In this document: one piece after another, positions 9,737-18,923 of the stretch
Layout of the letters: each line of letters starts with the position of its first letter
Numbering within the stretch: position 1 is the first letter of the stretch
Source: Candidatus Anderseniibacteriota bacterium
GTDB lineage: Bacteria > Patescibacteriota > JAUYIX01
Direction: 5' to 3'
DNA length: 64,000 nucleotides
Assembly (NCBI GenBank): GCA_046350855.1
Contig: JAXLZM010000003.1
Span: forward strand, 12,311-76,310
Notes under the pieces: model-generated
Told to the model about the DNA's origin: nothing
The model's input: the letters and a program-made list of their open reading frames with translations, nothing else
Databases searched by the model: none
Translations under genes and position numbers: made by a program

Positions 9737-10345
9737 TTACTGCCCGGTGTTGTACTGCTGGATGACTTGGGGATACTTGGTCTTGAACTCCGCCGAAAAC
9801 GTACACTGATCCAGACAGCTCGGAACCCACCAGTCGAGCGGTTCTCCCTTGCTACCAAAAATCGAACCCTCAGAGCCACCATCGTCGTAAATGGCCGTGT
9901 AGATAAACTCCTCGCCATCGTTTTCTGGGATTTCGATGTTGAGCGTGAGCAGGGTATGACCGTTATCCAGTGCCCAGTCCCGCAAGGGCCCAACAAGTTT
10001 TTGGTCGAACTCAGCAAACAGCGCATCATTCCCCAGTCCGGCTCGCTCATACGTCACGACCGGGAGGTTTTTGATCGGGACACTCTCGGTATCACTCGTT
10101 TTGGCGGAGTCAGTCTTAGCCGCCGCTAGGTCTTTTTTGAGTTGCGCGTTTTGATCGGTTAACTCGCGGGCTTTAGTCTCCCAGCTAGAAACTTCATCAG
10201 AAATCGGCGGCACCTCGATAGGTGTCTCGCGCAACAATGCCCAGACAAAAAGACCAGCCATGAGGAGCGTCAAAAACCCAAAGACCACGATGAGCGTGAC
10301 CCAGAGACCTTTTGTATGTGTAGGAGTAATGCTTTGATCTGGCAC
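9737..10345 (-). CDS. Hypothetical membrane-anchored protein (N-terminal TM, coiled-coil, C-terminal globular domain)
   Basis: 202-aa ORF with a TM segment (LWVTLIVVFGFLTLLMAGLFVWALL). No recognised domain. Confidence 0.45.
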   Translation of the reverse strand: MPDQSITPTHTKGLWVTLIVVFGFLTLLMAGLFVWALLRETPIEVPPISDEVSSWETKARELTDQNAQLKKDLAAAKTDSAKTSDTESVPIKNLPVVTYERAGLGNDALFAEFDQKLVGPLRDWALDNGHTLLTLNIEIPENDGEEFIYTAIYDDGGSEGSIFGSKGEPLDWWVPSCLDQCTFSAEFKTKYPQVIQQYNTGQ

Positions 10346-10371
10346 GAGAAGATGATACCACGCTGACCTGG

Positions 10372-10632
10372 TTACTCTTTTGTACCTTGAACCGGTTCGT
10401 CCATTAGTGCTGGAGTTTGAGCAGCAAGTTCACGTTTACTAAAGACAAAGAGATAGAGAATCTCAAGTAACCCAAAGGTATTTACAAGCAAGAGCACGAT
10501 AAACCAGACCTTGTCGCGACGTGTGGCGGCGCGCCAAAGCGCAAAGCCTTTCCAGATGAGGGACCAGATCAGCAGCGGAACAATAATCGCCAGGCTACGG
10601 CCGATAAATGAAACAAAATCGTTAACTGTCAT
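10372..10632 (-). CDS. Hypothetical small membrane protein (two TM helices)
   Basis: 86-aa ORF with two hydrophobic helices. Confidence 0.4.
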   Translation of the reverse strand: MTVNDFVSFIGRSLAIIVPLLIWSLIWKGFALWRAATRRDKVWFIVLLLVNTFGLLEILYLFVFSKRELAAQTPALMDEPVQGTKE

Positions 10633-10657
10633 ACCTATAGACTATTAAAAAGTAAGC

Positions 10658-10745
10658 TGGTACCCGGGGTGGGATTTGAACCCACATGAGCTTTCGCTCG
10701 ACAGATCTTAAGTCTGTTGTGTCTAGCCAGTTGCACCACCCGGGC
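10658..10745 (-). tRNA. tRNA-Leu (anticodon TAA), long variable arm, CCA encoded
   Basis: The reverse complement gives GCCCGGG-TG-GTGCAACTGGCTAGAC, anticodon stem ACAGA/TCTGT with loop CTTAAGA, a long variable arm and T-arm GGGTTCAAATCCCAC. Confidence 0.85.
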
Positions 10746-11241
10746 CCGATTTTTTATTTCTACCACGATGCGTCGGTTTAAGGCTGTGGCAGTTTGGACA
10801 AAGAATTCTAAGGTTCTCTAGCCGGTTATCATGCCTATCTCCGTTGATATGATCAAGTTCCAAGGGTAAATATCCGGTACTTGATCTGCGGGCCCAACCA
10901 CACTCCTCACACCAAGGACTCTTGAGTCCCGCAGCTATAAGTCGTTTTTTTAATTTATAGCTTTGATAGTGGACATTTTGTCTCAGAATCTTGCTCAAAG
11001 GAATCAATGGTTTAGTGCCAAGTTTGCATCCTTTACTCCAGAGCCTCCCAGAAAAATGCTTGGTTGATAGTCCAAATTCAAGAACGTATTTCTTAATTTG
11101 ATCATAATTTCCTCCAGCTGCAATCAAGTTGAGCTTATTGAGCACTTGCCGGTAACTTCTTGAAGTTTTGACGGCTAGCCTGAGCTGTTGCTCGGTCCAA
11201 CTTCGTTTTCGCGTTTTTCCTGGCGTATGCAAAATTGGCAT
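10723..11241 (-). CDS. HNH homing-type endonuclease; C-terminal 23 nt overlap the 5' end of tRNA-Leu(TAA), stop is the TAG of the tRNA D-loop
   Basis: HNH motif CEECGWARR...LELDHINGDRHDNRLENLRILCPNCH. The last codons (GPGGATG, stop) are read from GCCCGGGTGGTGCAACTGGCTAG of the tRNA. Looks AT-richer than the neighbours by eye. Confidence 0.8.
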   Translation of the reverse strand: MPILHTPGKTRKRSWTEQQLRLAVKTSRSYRQVLNKLNLIAAGGNYDQIKKYVLEFGLSTKHFSGRLWSKGCKLGTKPLIPLSKILRQNVHYQSYKLKKRLIAAGLKSPWCEECGWARRSSTGYLPLELDHINGDRHDNRLENLRILCPNCHSLKPTHRGRNKKSGPGGATG

Positions 11242-11264
11242 ACTCCAAAGGGTACCGTCCTCAC

Positions 11265-11282
11265 CTTAAGAAAAGATTAAAT
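11265..11282. repeat. 18-nt intergenic motif CTTAAGAAAAGATTAAAT (copy 1 of 3), 23 nt upstream of the HNH start on the gene strand
   Basis: Identical to 18876..18893 and 17/18 identical to 50048..50065. Confidence 0.7.
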
Positions 11283-11286
11283 GCTA

Positions 11287-11727
11287 CTAGAGTTTTGCCG
11301 CAGCCGGTTTGGCCGACGTAGGAGTTGCCGCTGTCGCTTTTTTGATTTCTTGATCGCGATGCACTGCTGCACGACCGGCTAAGCCACGCATGTAGTACAA
11401 CTTAGCGCGACGCACCTTAGCCTGCTTTTTGATCTCAACTTTTTCGATCAAGGGCGAGTGCATAAAAAAAGTGCGCTCGACTCCGATCCCGTTAGCTACC
11501 TTGCGCACCAAAATACTGGCACCCAACTTACCGCGGCGCACCGACTTGAGCACCAAGCCCTCAAAAATCTGGATGCGAACTTTGCCTTTTTCCAAAATGC
11601 GCTGGTGCACGGCAACCGTTGCCCCGGGACGAACCTCGGGCAGATCTGCCCTAAGCTGACCCGCTTCTACGCTGGCCACCAGAGATTCGAGTGATTTTGT
11701 GTTTGTTGAGCCTTCCATAGCGGGCAC
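11287..11727 (-). CDS. rplS: 50S ribosomal protein L19 with Ala/Lys-rich C-terminal tail
   Basis: FMHSPLIEKVEIKKQAKVRRAKLYYMRGL is L19-typical. Confidence 0.85.
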   Translation of the reverse strand: MPAMEGSTNTKSLESLVASVEAGQLRADLPEVRPGATVAVHQRILEKGKVRIQIFEGLVLKSVRRGKLGASILVRKVANGIGVERTFFMHSPLIEKVEIKKQAKVRRAKLYYMRGLAGRAAVHRDQEIKKATAATPTSAKPAAAKL

Positions 11728-11730
11728 ACC

Positions 11731-12321
11731 CTACCCCGTGGCCAAACACTTGTCAATGCTTTTTTGGATAGTCGCAACGGTTTGGCCAAGGTGGCCCTCC
11801 TCGTTATAGATGACGCTGTCGTACTCACGGATATGTTTGAGCTCCCGTCGAGCAGTCTGTAAACGCTCTCGCACTTTGGCCACAGAGATATCTGGCTCAC
11901 GACGAATGATGCGTTTTTTGAGGGTCACCAGCTTTTTGGTGGTAATAAAAAAAGAACAAATGCGATAGTGGTGCAAGCGCCGGATCTTAGCGAATCCTTT
12001 TACATCGATAATCTTGACCGGGATTTTGCCCAAACGTATGACACGTTCCAGATCGGCCCATAGAGTGCCAAAGGAGTAGCCATGTACGCGTGCGGTCTCG
12101 ACAAATTTACCGGCCTTACGCCACGCTCCAAAACGTTTGGGCGTGACGCGGCGATACTCCAGATCTTGTCGTTTACGATGCCCTGCCGGTCGCGTCGTTG
12201 TGCTCAGTACCGTAGCGTAGCGTCGCGATTTTTTAAGCAGGCGTTCTAAGACGACGCTCTTGCCGGCCCCACTCGGTCCAGAAATCACCACTAGTAGTCT
12301 TTGTCGCTGCTCCGTCCCCAT
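11731..12321 (-). CDS. gmk: Guanylate kinase
   Basis: P-loop ISGPSGAGKS and the TTR motif. Confidence 0.75.
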   Translation of the reverse strand: MGTEQRQRLLVVISGPSGAGKSVVLERLLKKSRRYATVLSTTTRPAGHRKRQDLEYRRVTPKRFGAWRKAGKFVETARVHGYSFGTLWADLERVIRLGKIPVKIIDVKGFAKIRRLHHYRICSFFITTKKLVTLKKRIIRREPDISVAKVRERLQTARRELKHIREYDSVIYNEEGHLGQTVATIQKSIDKCLATG

Positions 12322-12330
12322 ACATCCAGT

Positions 12331-13098
12331 CTACTTGATCTGTGCCAAAAAGTTTTTTAGCTCCAGGGGCAGTGGTGCGATAAAGGTTACTCCCCTACCG
12401 CTCACCGGATGAACAAAATTGAGTTGCGCCGCGTGTAAAAAGTGGCGCGTGAGTCCTTGTTGGGCACTTGCCGCGACCAACTTTTTTGGCGCGTAGAGCT
12501 GGTCACCCACAACCGGGTACCCAAGTGCCTTGAGGTGCACCCGAATCTGATGGGTGCGGCCGGTTTTAGGGTGGGCCTCGAGCAAGGTGGTGTCCGCAAA
12601 GCGTTTTTGCACGACAAAATCGGTCCGGGCCGGACGGTATAGCGTCTGGTCGGCCAGCGTAGCTACATCGTTAGGATGACGGGCGCCAAAGGTCCCCGAA
12701 CCGGTACGGCGGATAGAAAGTTCTGCCGTTGTATGCTCCCACGGGACCCGACCATACACGAGTGTGAGGTACTTTTTTTGTACGTGTCGATCTTTAAAGG
12801 CCGCCTTAAGTTTTGTAAATGCCGTCGGCGTACGGGCCACGACCAGCACACCTGAGGTATCCCGGTCGAGTCGATGCACAATCCCGGGTCGATCGGGGTC
12901 CTCGCCCACACCCCGTAGCTCTGGGTAGCGCTCGAGGAGCCAGTCCACCAAGTTCGCCTCGTGTTTTTTCTCGGTTGGAGCGCGGTGCACGGCCAAACCT
13001 GCGGGCTTGTCGAGCACGATGAGCTGTTCATCCGTAAAAATGAGGCGCGGGGCAGGTTTATTTTGTTTTTTGGCACTCATTGCCGGCCAGTGTAGCAT
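12331..13098 (-). CDS. RluA-family pseudouridine synthase
   Basis: Catalytic motif HRLDRDTSGVLVVA. Confidence 0.8.
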   Translation of the reverse strand: MLHWPAMSAKKQNKPAPRLIFTDEQLIVLDKPAGLAVHRAPTEKKHEANLVDWLLERYPELRGVGEDPDRPGIVHRLDRDTSGVLVVARTPTAFTKLKAAFKDRHVQKKYLTLVYGRVPWEHTTAELSIRRTGSGTFGARHPNDVATLADQTLYRPARTDFVVQKRFADTTLLEAHPKTGRTHQIRVHLKALGYPVVGDQLYAPKKLVAASAQQGLTRHFLHAAQLNFVHPVSGRGVTFIAPLPLELKNFLAQIK

Positions 13099-13119
13099 GC
13101 AGCTAGGTACTATAAGCTG

Positions 13120-13195
13120 GGGCCTGTAGCTCAGTGGTCAGAGCAGGCGGCTCATAACCGCTTGGTCGTTGGTTCGATCCCAACCGGGCCCACCA
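13120..13195 (+). tRNA. tRNA-Met (anticodon CAT; elongator-type or tRNA-Ile2 precursor), CCA encoded
   Basis: GGGCCTG acceptor with a G-U pair, anticodon loop cTCATAAc, T-arm GTTGGTTCGATCCCAAC. Confidence 0.8.
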
Positions 13196-13215
13196 AAAAA
13201 TACGTCCGCGGCGGA

Positions 13216-14370
13216 TCAAACTACCGTTCGGCGGAGATGCTGTGCGATGTGCACGAGCAAATCATACGGGATGGTCTTGCAACGCACGGCCGCTTGCGCG
13301 ATCGAGTTGGGAGCACTGGGATTTTGACTAAAGACGATGACCGGATCGCCCGCTTTGGCCTCGGGTAGATCGGTGATGTCGATCGAGGCGATGTTCATAC
13401 TGATGCGACCGATGATCAGCGCTGGTTTGCCGTGCACGCTGACGCTGCCGTTGCCGGAGAGGCGACGGTCGAGGCCCTCAAAATAGCCGATTGGGAGGGT
13501 GGCGACGCGGGTCGGACGCGTGGCGGTAAAGGTGGTGTTGTAGCCGACGTGCTCCCCCGGTTGAATGGTGCGTACAGCGGTAATCTGCGTCACAACTTGG
13601 AGAGCAGGCTTGAGATCGAGCGACCGAGCGGCGGCGGGGTCAATGCCATAGAGTCCGAGTCCAACCCTGGCACTGTTTGCCCGGATCTCTGTGGCAAATT
13701 GGGTGCCTGCTGAGTTGGCCACGTGTACTTGGCTGAGCTGCGGAAACACTGCATGTAGCCGCTCAACGACACGGTTCCAGACTTTGATTTGCATTCTCGT
13801 AAAATCCGGTACTGGTCCATCGGCATCAGCGAGGTGCGTACAGACCCCCGTGATACGGACGTTGGGGTTGCGCTTGAGCAGCTTGATGGTCTCATCAAGT
13901 TGGCTCACTAAAATTCCCTGTCGATGCATGCCCGTGTCGATCTTGAGATGAAAGGCTTGCGGAACGGTGAGTCTCGCGACGACTTCGCGCACGTGCTCGA
14001 TCCCGATTAGAGCAAAACTAACCCCGCTAAACTTTTGGCGTGCAATGTTGTGGGCGCTGGTGTAGCCCAAGACCAGTACGGGAGTACGGATGTGCTCATT
14101 TTGTAAGACCAACGCTTCGTAAAACGAATCGACCACCATAAAAGGTGGGTTGAGTCGATCAAACAGTTTAGCCACCGGGATTAAACCGTGTCCGTAGGCG
14201 TTACTTTTGAGAACAGGTGCCACGGCGCGATCGCCGAGTAGACGTACAAACTGAGCAAAATTGTGCTCGAGACGTGCTCGGCTAATTCGCACCGAGATCA
14301 ACGGTTGATACGTAAAGCGTGCCCGACGTAGCCACCTAAAGAATGCTCGCATACCGGCCGATCCTAACAC
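13216..14370 (-). CDS. alr: Alanine racemase
   Basis: PLP-lysine region VLKSNAYGHG and overall Alr length and organisation. GTG start. Confidence 0.8.
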   Translation of the reverse strand: MLGSAGMRAFFRWLRRARFTYQPLISVRISRARLEHNFAQFVRLLGDRAVAPVLKSNAYGHGLIPVAKLFDRLNPPFMVVDSFYEALVLQNEHIRTPVLVLGYTSAHNIARQKFSGVSFALIGIEHVREVVARLTVPQAFHLKIDTGMHRQGILVSQLDETIKLLKRNPNVRITGVCTHLADADGPVPDFTRMQIKVWNRVVERLHAVFPQLSQVHVANSAGTQFATEIRANSARVGLGLYGIDPAAARSLDLKPALQVVTQITAVRTIQPGEHVGYNTTFTATRPTRVATLPIGYFEGLDRRLSGNGSVSVHGKPALIIGRISMNIASIDITDLPEAKAGDPVIVFSQNPSAPNSIAQAAVRCKTIPYDLLVHIAQHLRRTVV

Positions 14371-14433
14371 ACGAGTTACGCATTGCGAATTAGTATAGAA
14401 ATCGAACCAAAGATGGTAGTATTGTACTACTAT

Positions 14434-15120
14434 ATGGTCTATCTAAAAGAAGAGTATAAACGAGCTATTTTTTTACGTTCTAAGGGCAAAACTTTTACTG
14501 AGATTAAAAAACAAGTACTCGTTTCTAAAGGTACCTTAAGCCTGTGGCTTAGAGATGTACCGATGGCCTCTAGATTCGAAAAAAAGATTTCTTCAAGAAA
14601 AAGAAAGGCTCTTCATTTTGCAAGAGTAAAAGCAGCTGCGTGGCATAGGAGACAAAAAGAGCTACGTCTAATGGTTGCGGATGAACAAGCTAAGGCAACA
14701 CTGAATCAAATTGATTTAACGCATGTACCAACACTGGAGTTGGCCCTGGCACTACTCTATTTGGGCGAGGGCTTCAAAAAGGTTCCCCAGACGGGTCTTG
14801 GCAACACTGATGTCAGTGTACTAAGAATATTTGTTCAGCTTCTTAAAAGCTGTTATGGAATTCTTCCCGCAGAACTGAATTGTCAATTGCATCTTCGCTA
14901 TGACCAAAACGAGTTACGAGAAAAGAAATATTGGTCAAAAGCATTGGGAATTCCGTTAGTCAAATTTAAATTTACTGCTTTTGATAAGAGAACCAAAAAT
15001 TCAAAAACGTACAAAGGCTATCATGGTGTATGTGCAATTCGAGTACGCGATATTGCAATCCAACGTAGACTGGTTAGTATTGGAAAACAGTTTGCCGGAT
15101 TAGCAAACACGCGCGCATAG
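14434..15120 (+). CDS. Putative homing endonuclease-like protein: N-terminal HTH plus single LAGLIDADG-like motif (LALALLYLGEGFK); paralog of 48051..48719; last 10 nt overlap tRNA-Val(GAC), stop is TAG of the tRNA D-stem
   Basis: Alignable with 48051..48719 (LRSKG..T...SLW.RDV; L.L.LLY.GEG.K; YWSK..GIPL). AT-rich by eye. The ORF track starts at TTG 14383, but alignment with the paralog favours ATG 14434. Confidence 0.5.
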   Translation: MVYLKEEYKRAIFLRSKGKTFTEIKKQVLVSKGTLSLWLRDVPMASRFEKKISSRKRKALHFARVKAAAWHRRQKELRLMVADEQAKATLNQIDLTHVPTLELALALLYLGEGFKKVPQTGLGNTDVSVLRIFVQLLKSCYGILPAELNCQLHLRYDQNELREKKYWSKALGIPLVKFKFTAFDKRTKNSKTYKGYHGVCAIRVRDIAIQRRLVSIGKQFAGLANTRA

Positions 15121-15187
15121 CTCAGCCTGGTTAGAGCGTACCCTTGACATGGGTAAGGCCCCAAGTTCAAATCTTGGTGCGCGCACC
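15111..15187 (+). tRNA. tRNA-Val (anticodon GAC), CCA encoded
   Basis: GCGCGCA-TAGCTCAGCCTGGTTAGAGC, anticodon stem TACCC/GGGTA with loop TTGACAT, T-arm CCAAGTTCAAATCTTGG. Confidence 0.85.
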
Positions 15188-15209
15188 ATAAAACCTAAAA
15201 AAGGGTAAA

Positions 15210-16820
15210 CTAAGACTGGCGCGCTTTGTGCTCCTTGAGTTCGGCGTTCTCTTGCTCCAAGGCAACCACTTTGCGCTCTTGGTCAACGATAAACTCGTTG
15301 GTCTCTTTGAGCTGGGATTTGAGAGTGTTGAGTTTTGCCAACAATTTAGTACGCTCGGAGATCGGTCGAAATATCTTTTGGACGGCTACGACTTTTCCAT
15401 CGTGTAGCATGGGGTGGGCGCGTAGTTCAAACATCTGGGTCGAACCATCTTTTTGCCGTAACAGGACCGTGTAGGCCGGATGTGTTTTACCAGAGAGTGA
15501 GTCAGAAAAATTCTTGAGCAAAATCGGCAGCGATGAGGGCGGCACGATCCCACTATCGGCAAAAAACGTGCCGGCGAGCTCATCGCGCGAGTAGCCCAGG
15601 GTGTCTTCAAAAGCATGGTTAACCGTCCGAACACGCCCCTCTGGATCAAGCACCAAAATAGGATCGAGTGAGCCCTCTACGATCTCATCGTGGTCCTGCT
15701 GTATCGAGCGCAGACGCCTAATCATGTCCTGAGCGGTACCGAGTGCTCGGCTGCGCGCGTTGAGCAGGTCTCGTACCGAGAGTGCAATGAGCGAACTCAA
15801 AAACAGACCGATCAACAAAACGATACTTGAGGTCCACCCACCCAGGGGATTATTTTTTTTGAGCTGACTGATGCGTACGGTCCAGGGTTGGTCCGCAACG
15901 GTTACTTCTGCATCACGTGTAAAGGCGGGGTCGGGAGAGTTTTCGGCAAGTTTAGTTCGTTCATAAAACGGATCAGCGGTATCGGGTGAACCCTCATAGA
16001 GCTGCACGTTGATGTTAGGTGAGAGCTCTAGCTCGTTGAGCGCCTTATCAAAAAAGGTCTCGGCAATAAAACTCACCGAGAGTATTCCAGCAAAAGCTGC
16101 CCGACGCTGATCCACCGTCGTCAGCGCTGCCCCCTTTTTGTAAAGCGGGGCCATAAATAAAAAGGCGGGTTGGTTGGTGATGACCGAGTCGATCTCTTTA
16201 GTGACCGTAATTGAGCCGCTGTCGCGCGCTTTTTCGGCGGCCGCTTTGCGATTAGGCTCAGAAAAATAATCAAAGCCCTGGCCGGGGGCAATGTTGCCGT
16301 CGTAGGGTTCGTAATAGGTTACGGGCAAATAAGCACTGCGCTGGCCGGGCGGGTCGATGGAGAAACTCGGGAACCCCTCTGGCCGCAAACTCTTATCTGT
16401 CCTGACTTCTTCTTCAAAAGCTTGCTTGTTGGCATCCGGCACGTAGACCGCAAACGCGCTACTGGTGATGCCGCTGATCTTTTTGCTCGCACTGAGGATC
16501 TGATGGGCCCGGTCGTACTCACCAAAGGTGACTTTTTGACTAGCTTCAAATAAAATTTGGAAAGAATCGATGTAGCTTGTCGCCTCGGAGACCGAGTCCG
16601 CGACGAGCCGCTCAACACGGGCCGCATCCCGCAAAAAAACTTGCTGTTCGGCTCGGATCACGAGGGCATGCACGATCTGCCAGACGGCGATCGTACCGAG
16701 CATCAAAATAAAAAAGATCGCTAATACAAAGCCAAAGGCCCGGCCGCGATCCACTTGCGTTGATTTTTCTTTTTCTCCTTTATGCATAAAAGGGCCAAAG
16801 GCTAATAATAGCATAGACAT
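15210..16820 (-). CDS. Membrane sensor protein with extracytoplasmic CHASE-like domain, TM segment, cytoplasmic PAS domain and C-terminal coiled coil; no kinase or other output domain
   Basis: N-terminal TM, a periplasmic domain of about 270 aa with CHASE-like features, a second TM, a PAS-like segment (ILVLDPEGRVRTVNHAFEDTLGYSRDELAG) and a heptad-rich tail. Confidence 0.55.
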   Translation of the reverse strand: MSMLLLAFGPFMHKGEKEKSTQVDRGRAFGFVLAIFFILMLGTIAVWQIVHALVIRAEQQVFLRDAARVERLVADSVSEATSYIDSFQILFEASQKVTFGEYDRAHQILSASKKISGITSSAFAVYVPDANKQAFEEEVRTDKSLRPEGFPSFSIDPPGQRSAYLPVTYYEPYDGNIAPGQGFDYFSEPNRKAAAEKARDSGSITVTKEIDSVITNQPAFLFMAPLYKKGAALTTVDQRRAAFAGILSVSFIAETFFDKALNELELSPNINVQLYEGSPDTADPFYERTKLAENSPDPAFTRDAEVTVADQPWTVRISQLKKNNPLGGWTSSIVLLIGLFLSSLIALSVRDLLNARSRALGTAQDMIRRLRSIQQDHDEIVEGSLDPILVLDPEGRVRTVNHAFEDTLGYSRDELAGTFFADSGIVPPSSLPILLKNFSDSLSGKTHPAYTVLLRQKDGSTQMFELRAHPMLHDGKVVAVQKIFRPISERTKLLAKLNTLKSQLKETNEFIVDQERKVVALEQENAELKEHKARQS

Positions 16821-16854
16821 AGCAGCCCATTTTGGTATAGGTTAGTCAATGCTT

Positions 16855-16940
16855 GGGCGCGTGGCGGAATGGCAGACGCGCTGGCTTCAGGAGCCAGTGG
16901 CCGCAAGGCCGTGGAGGTTCAAGTCCTCTCGCGCCCACCA
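16855..16940 (+). tRNA. tRNA-Leu (anticodon CAG), long variable arm, CCA encoded
   Basis: GGGCGCG acceptor, anticodon stem CTGGC/GCCAG with loop TTCAGGA, T-arm GGAGGTTCAAGTCCTCT. Confidence 0.85.
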
Positions 16941-17006
16941 AGCAAAAACGCCCCATGGGGCGTTTTTGCGTTGCGCCTTCTGAAGCGCCTTGGTCTGGCC
17001 CTCTTA

Positions 17007-17414
17007 TTACTGAACCGTAATCGTGCCTTTCATTCCGAGCGCCTCGTGGCCCGGCATGGTGCACCTGACCGTGTAGGAACCCGCTTTGGGCGCTGCGACC
17101 GTCACCGTCTCAGCTCCACCCGCTGGCACCGTTACGTTGATGCCGAGGTCGTTAGCCGTGTACGTATGGCTCAAGCTCCCCTCATTTTTTACCGTAATCG
17201 TATTAGTCACACCGGCCTTGAGCGTGAGCGCGCTCGGTGAGATGGCATACTCTGAGAGCGAGACCGTTACGCCGTTTTCTCCAACAGCAGTTGAGCCGGA
17301 GCTCGTGCTCGTAGCTTGGTTAGTCGTAGTGCTAGTGTTGGTGGTTGCCGATTTTGCACACCCGCCCAAAAGAGCGAGGCTGGCAAGTCCAACGACGACG
17401 TGTGTGAGTTTCAT
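17007..17414 (-). CDS. Cupredoxin-like (blue copper) lipoprotein
   Basis: Lipobox LALLGGC and a type-1 copper ligand pattern (H...C..H....M in SHTYT...CTMPGHEALGM). The start was moved to MKLTHVV, because the longer ORF to 17624 overlaps the helicase. Confidence 0.6.
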   Translation of the reverse strand: MKLTHVVVGLASLALLGGCAKSATTNTSTTTNQATSTSSGSTAVGENGVTVSLSEYAISPSALTLKAGVTNTITVKNEGSLSHTYTANDLGINVTVPAGGAETVTVAAPKAGSYTVRCTMPGHEALGMKGTITVQ

Positions 17415-17425
17415 GGTTGAACAAG

Positions 17426-18853
17426 TTACGGATAAGTACTCGCCAGTGTAACACGCCTCACTACCCGCCTCGTAAACCCGGTCGTAAAGGGAGTGGGTTC
17501 TCCCTGCGGAACACAAATGACCAAGCGATCCCGGGCCCGGGTCAACGCGACGTAAAAAATGTTGCGCTCTTCGCGCACTCGATCGTACCCGGCCAGTTGG
17601 TCTATCGCAGAGAGAGGTCCGCACGGACCTGCGGAGTATGCCTCTCCCGAGGCCCGTGCCGGAAAACCAAACCGATTTTGGGCGACGTTGAGAAGTATCA
17701 CTACCCGCGCCTCTAATCCTTTAAAGGCGTGGACCGTTAGTGCGCGGACTTTTGGGTAACGGATCCGCGCGCGCTTGAGTTGCGCAAGCGGCAGATGTGC
17801 GCGCGCCAGAAGTACGATCTCGTTTTGGGCAAAGCCTTTGGCCAGCAGTTCTGCCAATACGCGTAGGCAGAGCAGGTCCTCCCCGTAACGCGGATAGGTA
17901 ATGCACTCCGGCACCACACCCTCGCCCCGCGTCGGCAAAATCGGCAGGCCCTCGACTCGTTGCAAAAAACGATTGACCAGTGCGATGATCGTTGCACTCG
18001 AGCGGTAGTTAGTGCGCAAGACCAGTTGCTGCCAGAGCCGTGTGGTCCCCTCTCCGTATCCGTTAGGGACCGTTCCGGCAGAACCGCGCCAACCATACAG
18101 CGATTGGTTGGGGTCACCGACCCACGTTTGGGTGTCGGCCATCTTGCAATATGTGTCGATCAGCTGTAATTCTGCGGCGGCAGCATCTTGCGCTTCATCG
18201 ATCAAAACGTGCTGAGGCTGGCATGTCTTGAACGGCCCGTGTTGCTGCGCGGCCTGGATCAGGTGGGTAAAATCGGTCACCCCGTGGTGCTCGAGAACCG
18301 TTTGGTAGACCTGCATGAGGTGCACGACCAACCAGGCGAACGAATCTTGCTGCGCGATAGTCTTGAGTTTGTTACAAGCAGCCGTGAGCCCTACCTGGGT
18401 GAGCCGTTGGTGACTCTCCAACAGTTGCCGAACCAAAAAAGGGTGCGACCAGTTTTGTTGAACGCACAACTCACGCGCGTGACGCGTGGTCCGAGGTGCC
18501 GTCAGTATGCGACAAGCAATTTTCCAAAGTAATCGTCTGCGCTCTGCCTCTAGTATGAGCCGACCCGAGACGACATGAGAGCCCTGCAGTAAGCGGAGCG
18601 CCCAGGCATGAAACGTCCGCACGGCTACCGCTGGATAGCCGGCGTCTACCAAGCGACGCCGTAGTTCGTGGGCCGCTTTACGGGCAAAGGTCACGACCAG
18701 GATCTGGTGTGCGGCCGCGCGTCGAGCTTGTACGAGCCAAGCAATCCGCTGGATCAATACACTGGTTTTGCCGGAGCCGGCCGGCGCCACGATCGAGAGA
18801 CGCGCGGCCGCACTCGTAACGGCAGCTTGTTGCACTGAGTCGAGTCTCGGCAT
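17426..18853 (-). CDS. UvrD/Rep-family ATP-dependent DNA helicase, short form of 475 aa
   Basis: Walker A APAGSGKTSV near the N-terminus and UvrD-like helicase motifs (TFARKAAHELRRRL, DEAQD). Confidence 0.7.
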   Translation of the reverse strand: MPRLDSVQQAAVTSAAARLSIVAPAGSGKTSVLIQRIAWLVQARRAAAHQILVVTFARKAAHELRRRLVDAGYPAVAVRTFHAWALRLLQGSHVVSGRLILEAERRRLLWKIACRILTAPRTTRHARELCVQQNWSHPFLVRQLLESHQRLTQVGLTAACNKLKTIAQQDSFAWLVVHLMQVYQTVLEHHGVTDFTHLIQAAQQHGPFKTCQPQHVLIDEAQDAAAAELQLIDTYCKMADTQTWVGDPNQSLYGWRGSAGTVPNGYGEGTTRLWQQLVLRTNYRSSATIIALVNRFLQRVEGLPILPTRGEGVVPECITYPRYGEDLLCLRVLAELLAKGFAQNEIVLLARAHLPLAQLKRARIRYPKVRALTVHAFKGLEARVVILLNVAQNRFGFPARASGEAYSAGPCGPLSAIDQLAGYDRVREERNIFYVALTRARDRLVICVPQGEPTPFTTGFTRRVVRRVTLASTYP

Positions 18854-18875
18854 ACTGCCGGACTAGCACACTTAG

Positions 18876-18893
18876 CTTAAGAAAAGATTAAAT
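18876..18893. repeat. 18-nt intergenic motif CTTAAGAAAAGATTAAAT (copy 2 of 3), 22 nt upstream of the helicase start
   Basis: Exact match to copy 1. Confidence 0.7.
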
Positions 18894-18923
18894 TACGCCT
18901 GCGACGTGGGTCGATCTACAGAC

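Noticed and set aside
10658-10745. Possible group I intron in tRNA-Leu(TAA), the classical host for such introns, given the adjacent HNH gene
   Set aside because: The tRNA-Leu(TAA) folds as an uninterrupted 88-nt cloverleaf with an intact anticodon loop CUUAAGA. The HNH gene lies upstream of the tRNA, not inside it.
12331-13098. The longer start (MLHWPAMSAKK) versus a shorter start for the RluA-family gene, and similar alternative upstream starts for 6508..8322 and 33031..34233
   Set aside because: These cannot be resolved from sequence alone. ORF-track coordinates were kept where no overlap or paralog alignment argued otherwise.
16846-17240. ORFs 16846..17064 (minus) and 16869..17240 (plus) overlapping tRNA-Leu(CAG)
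   Set aside because: They overlap a confident tRNA gene and its flanks, and no coding signal was seen.
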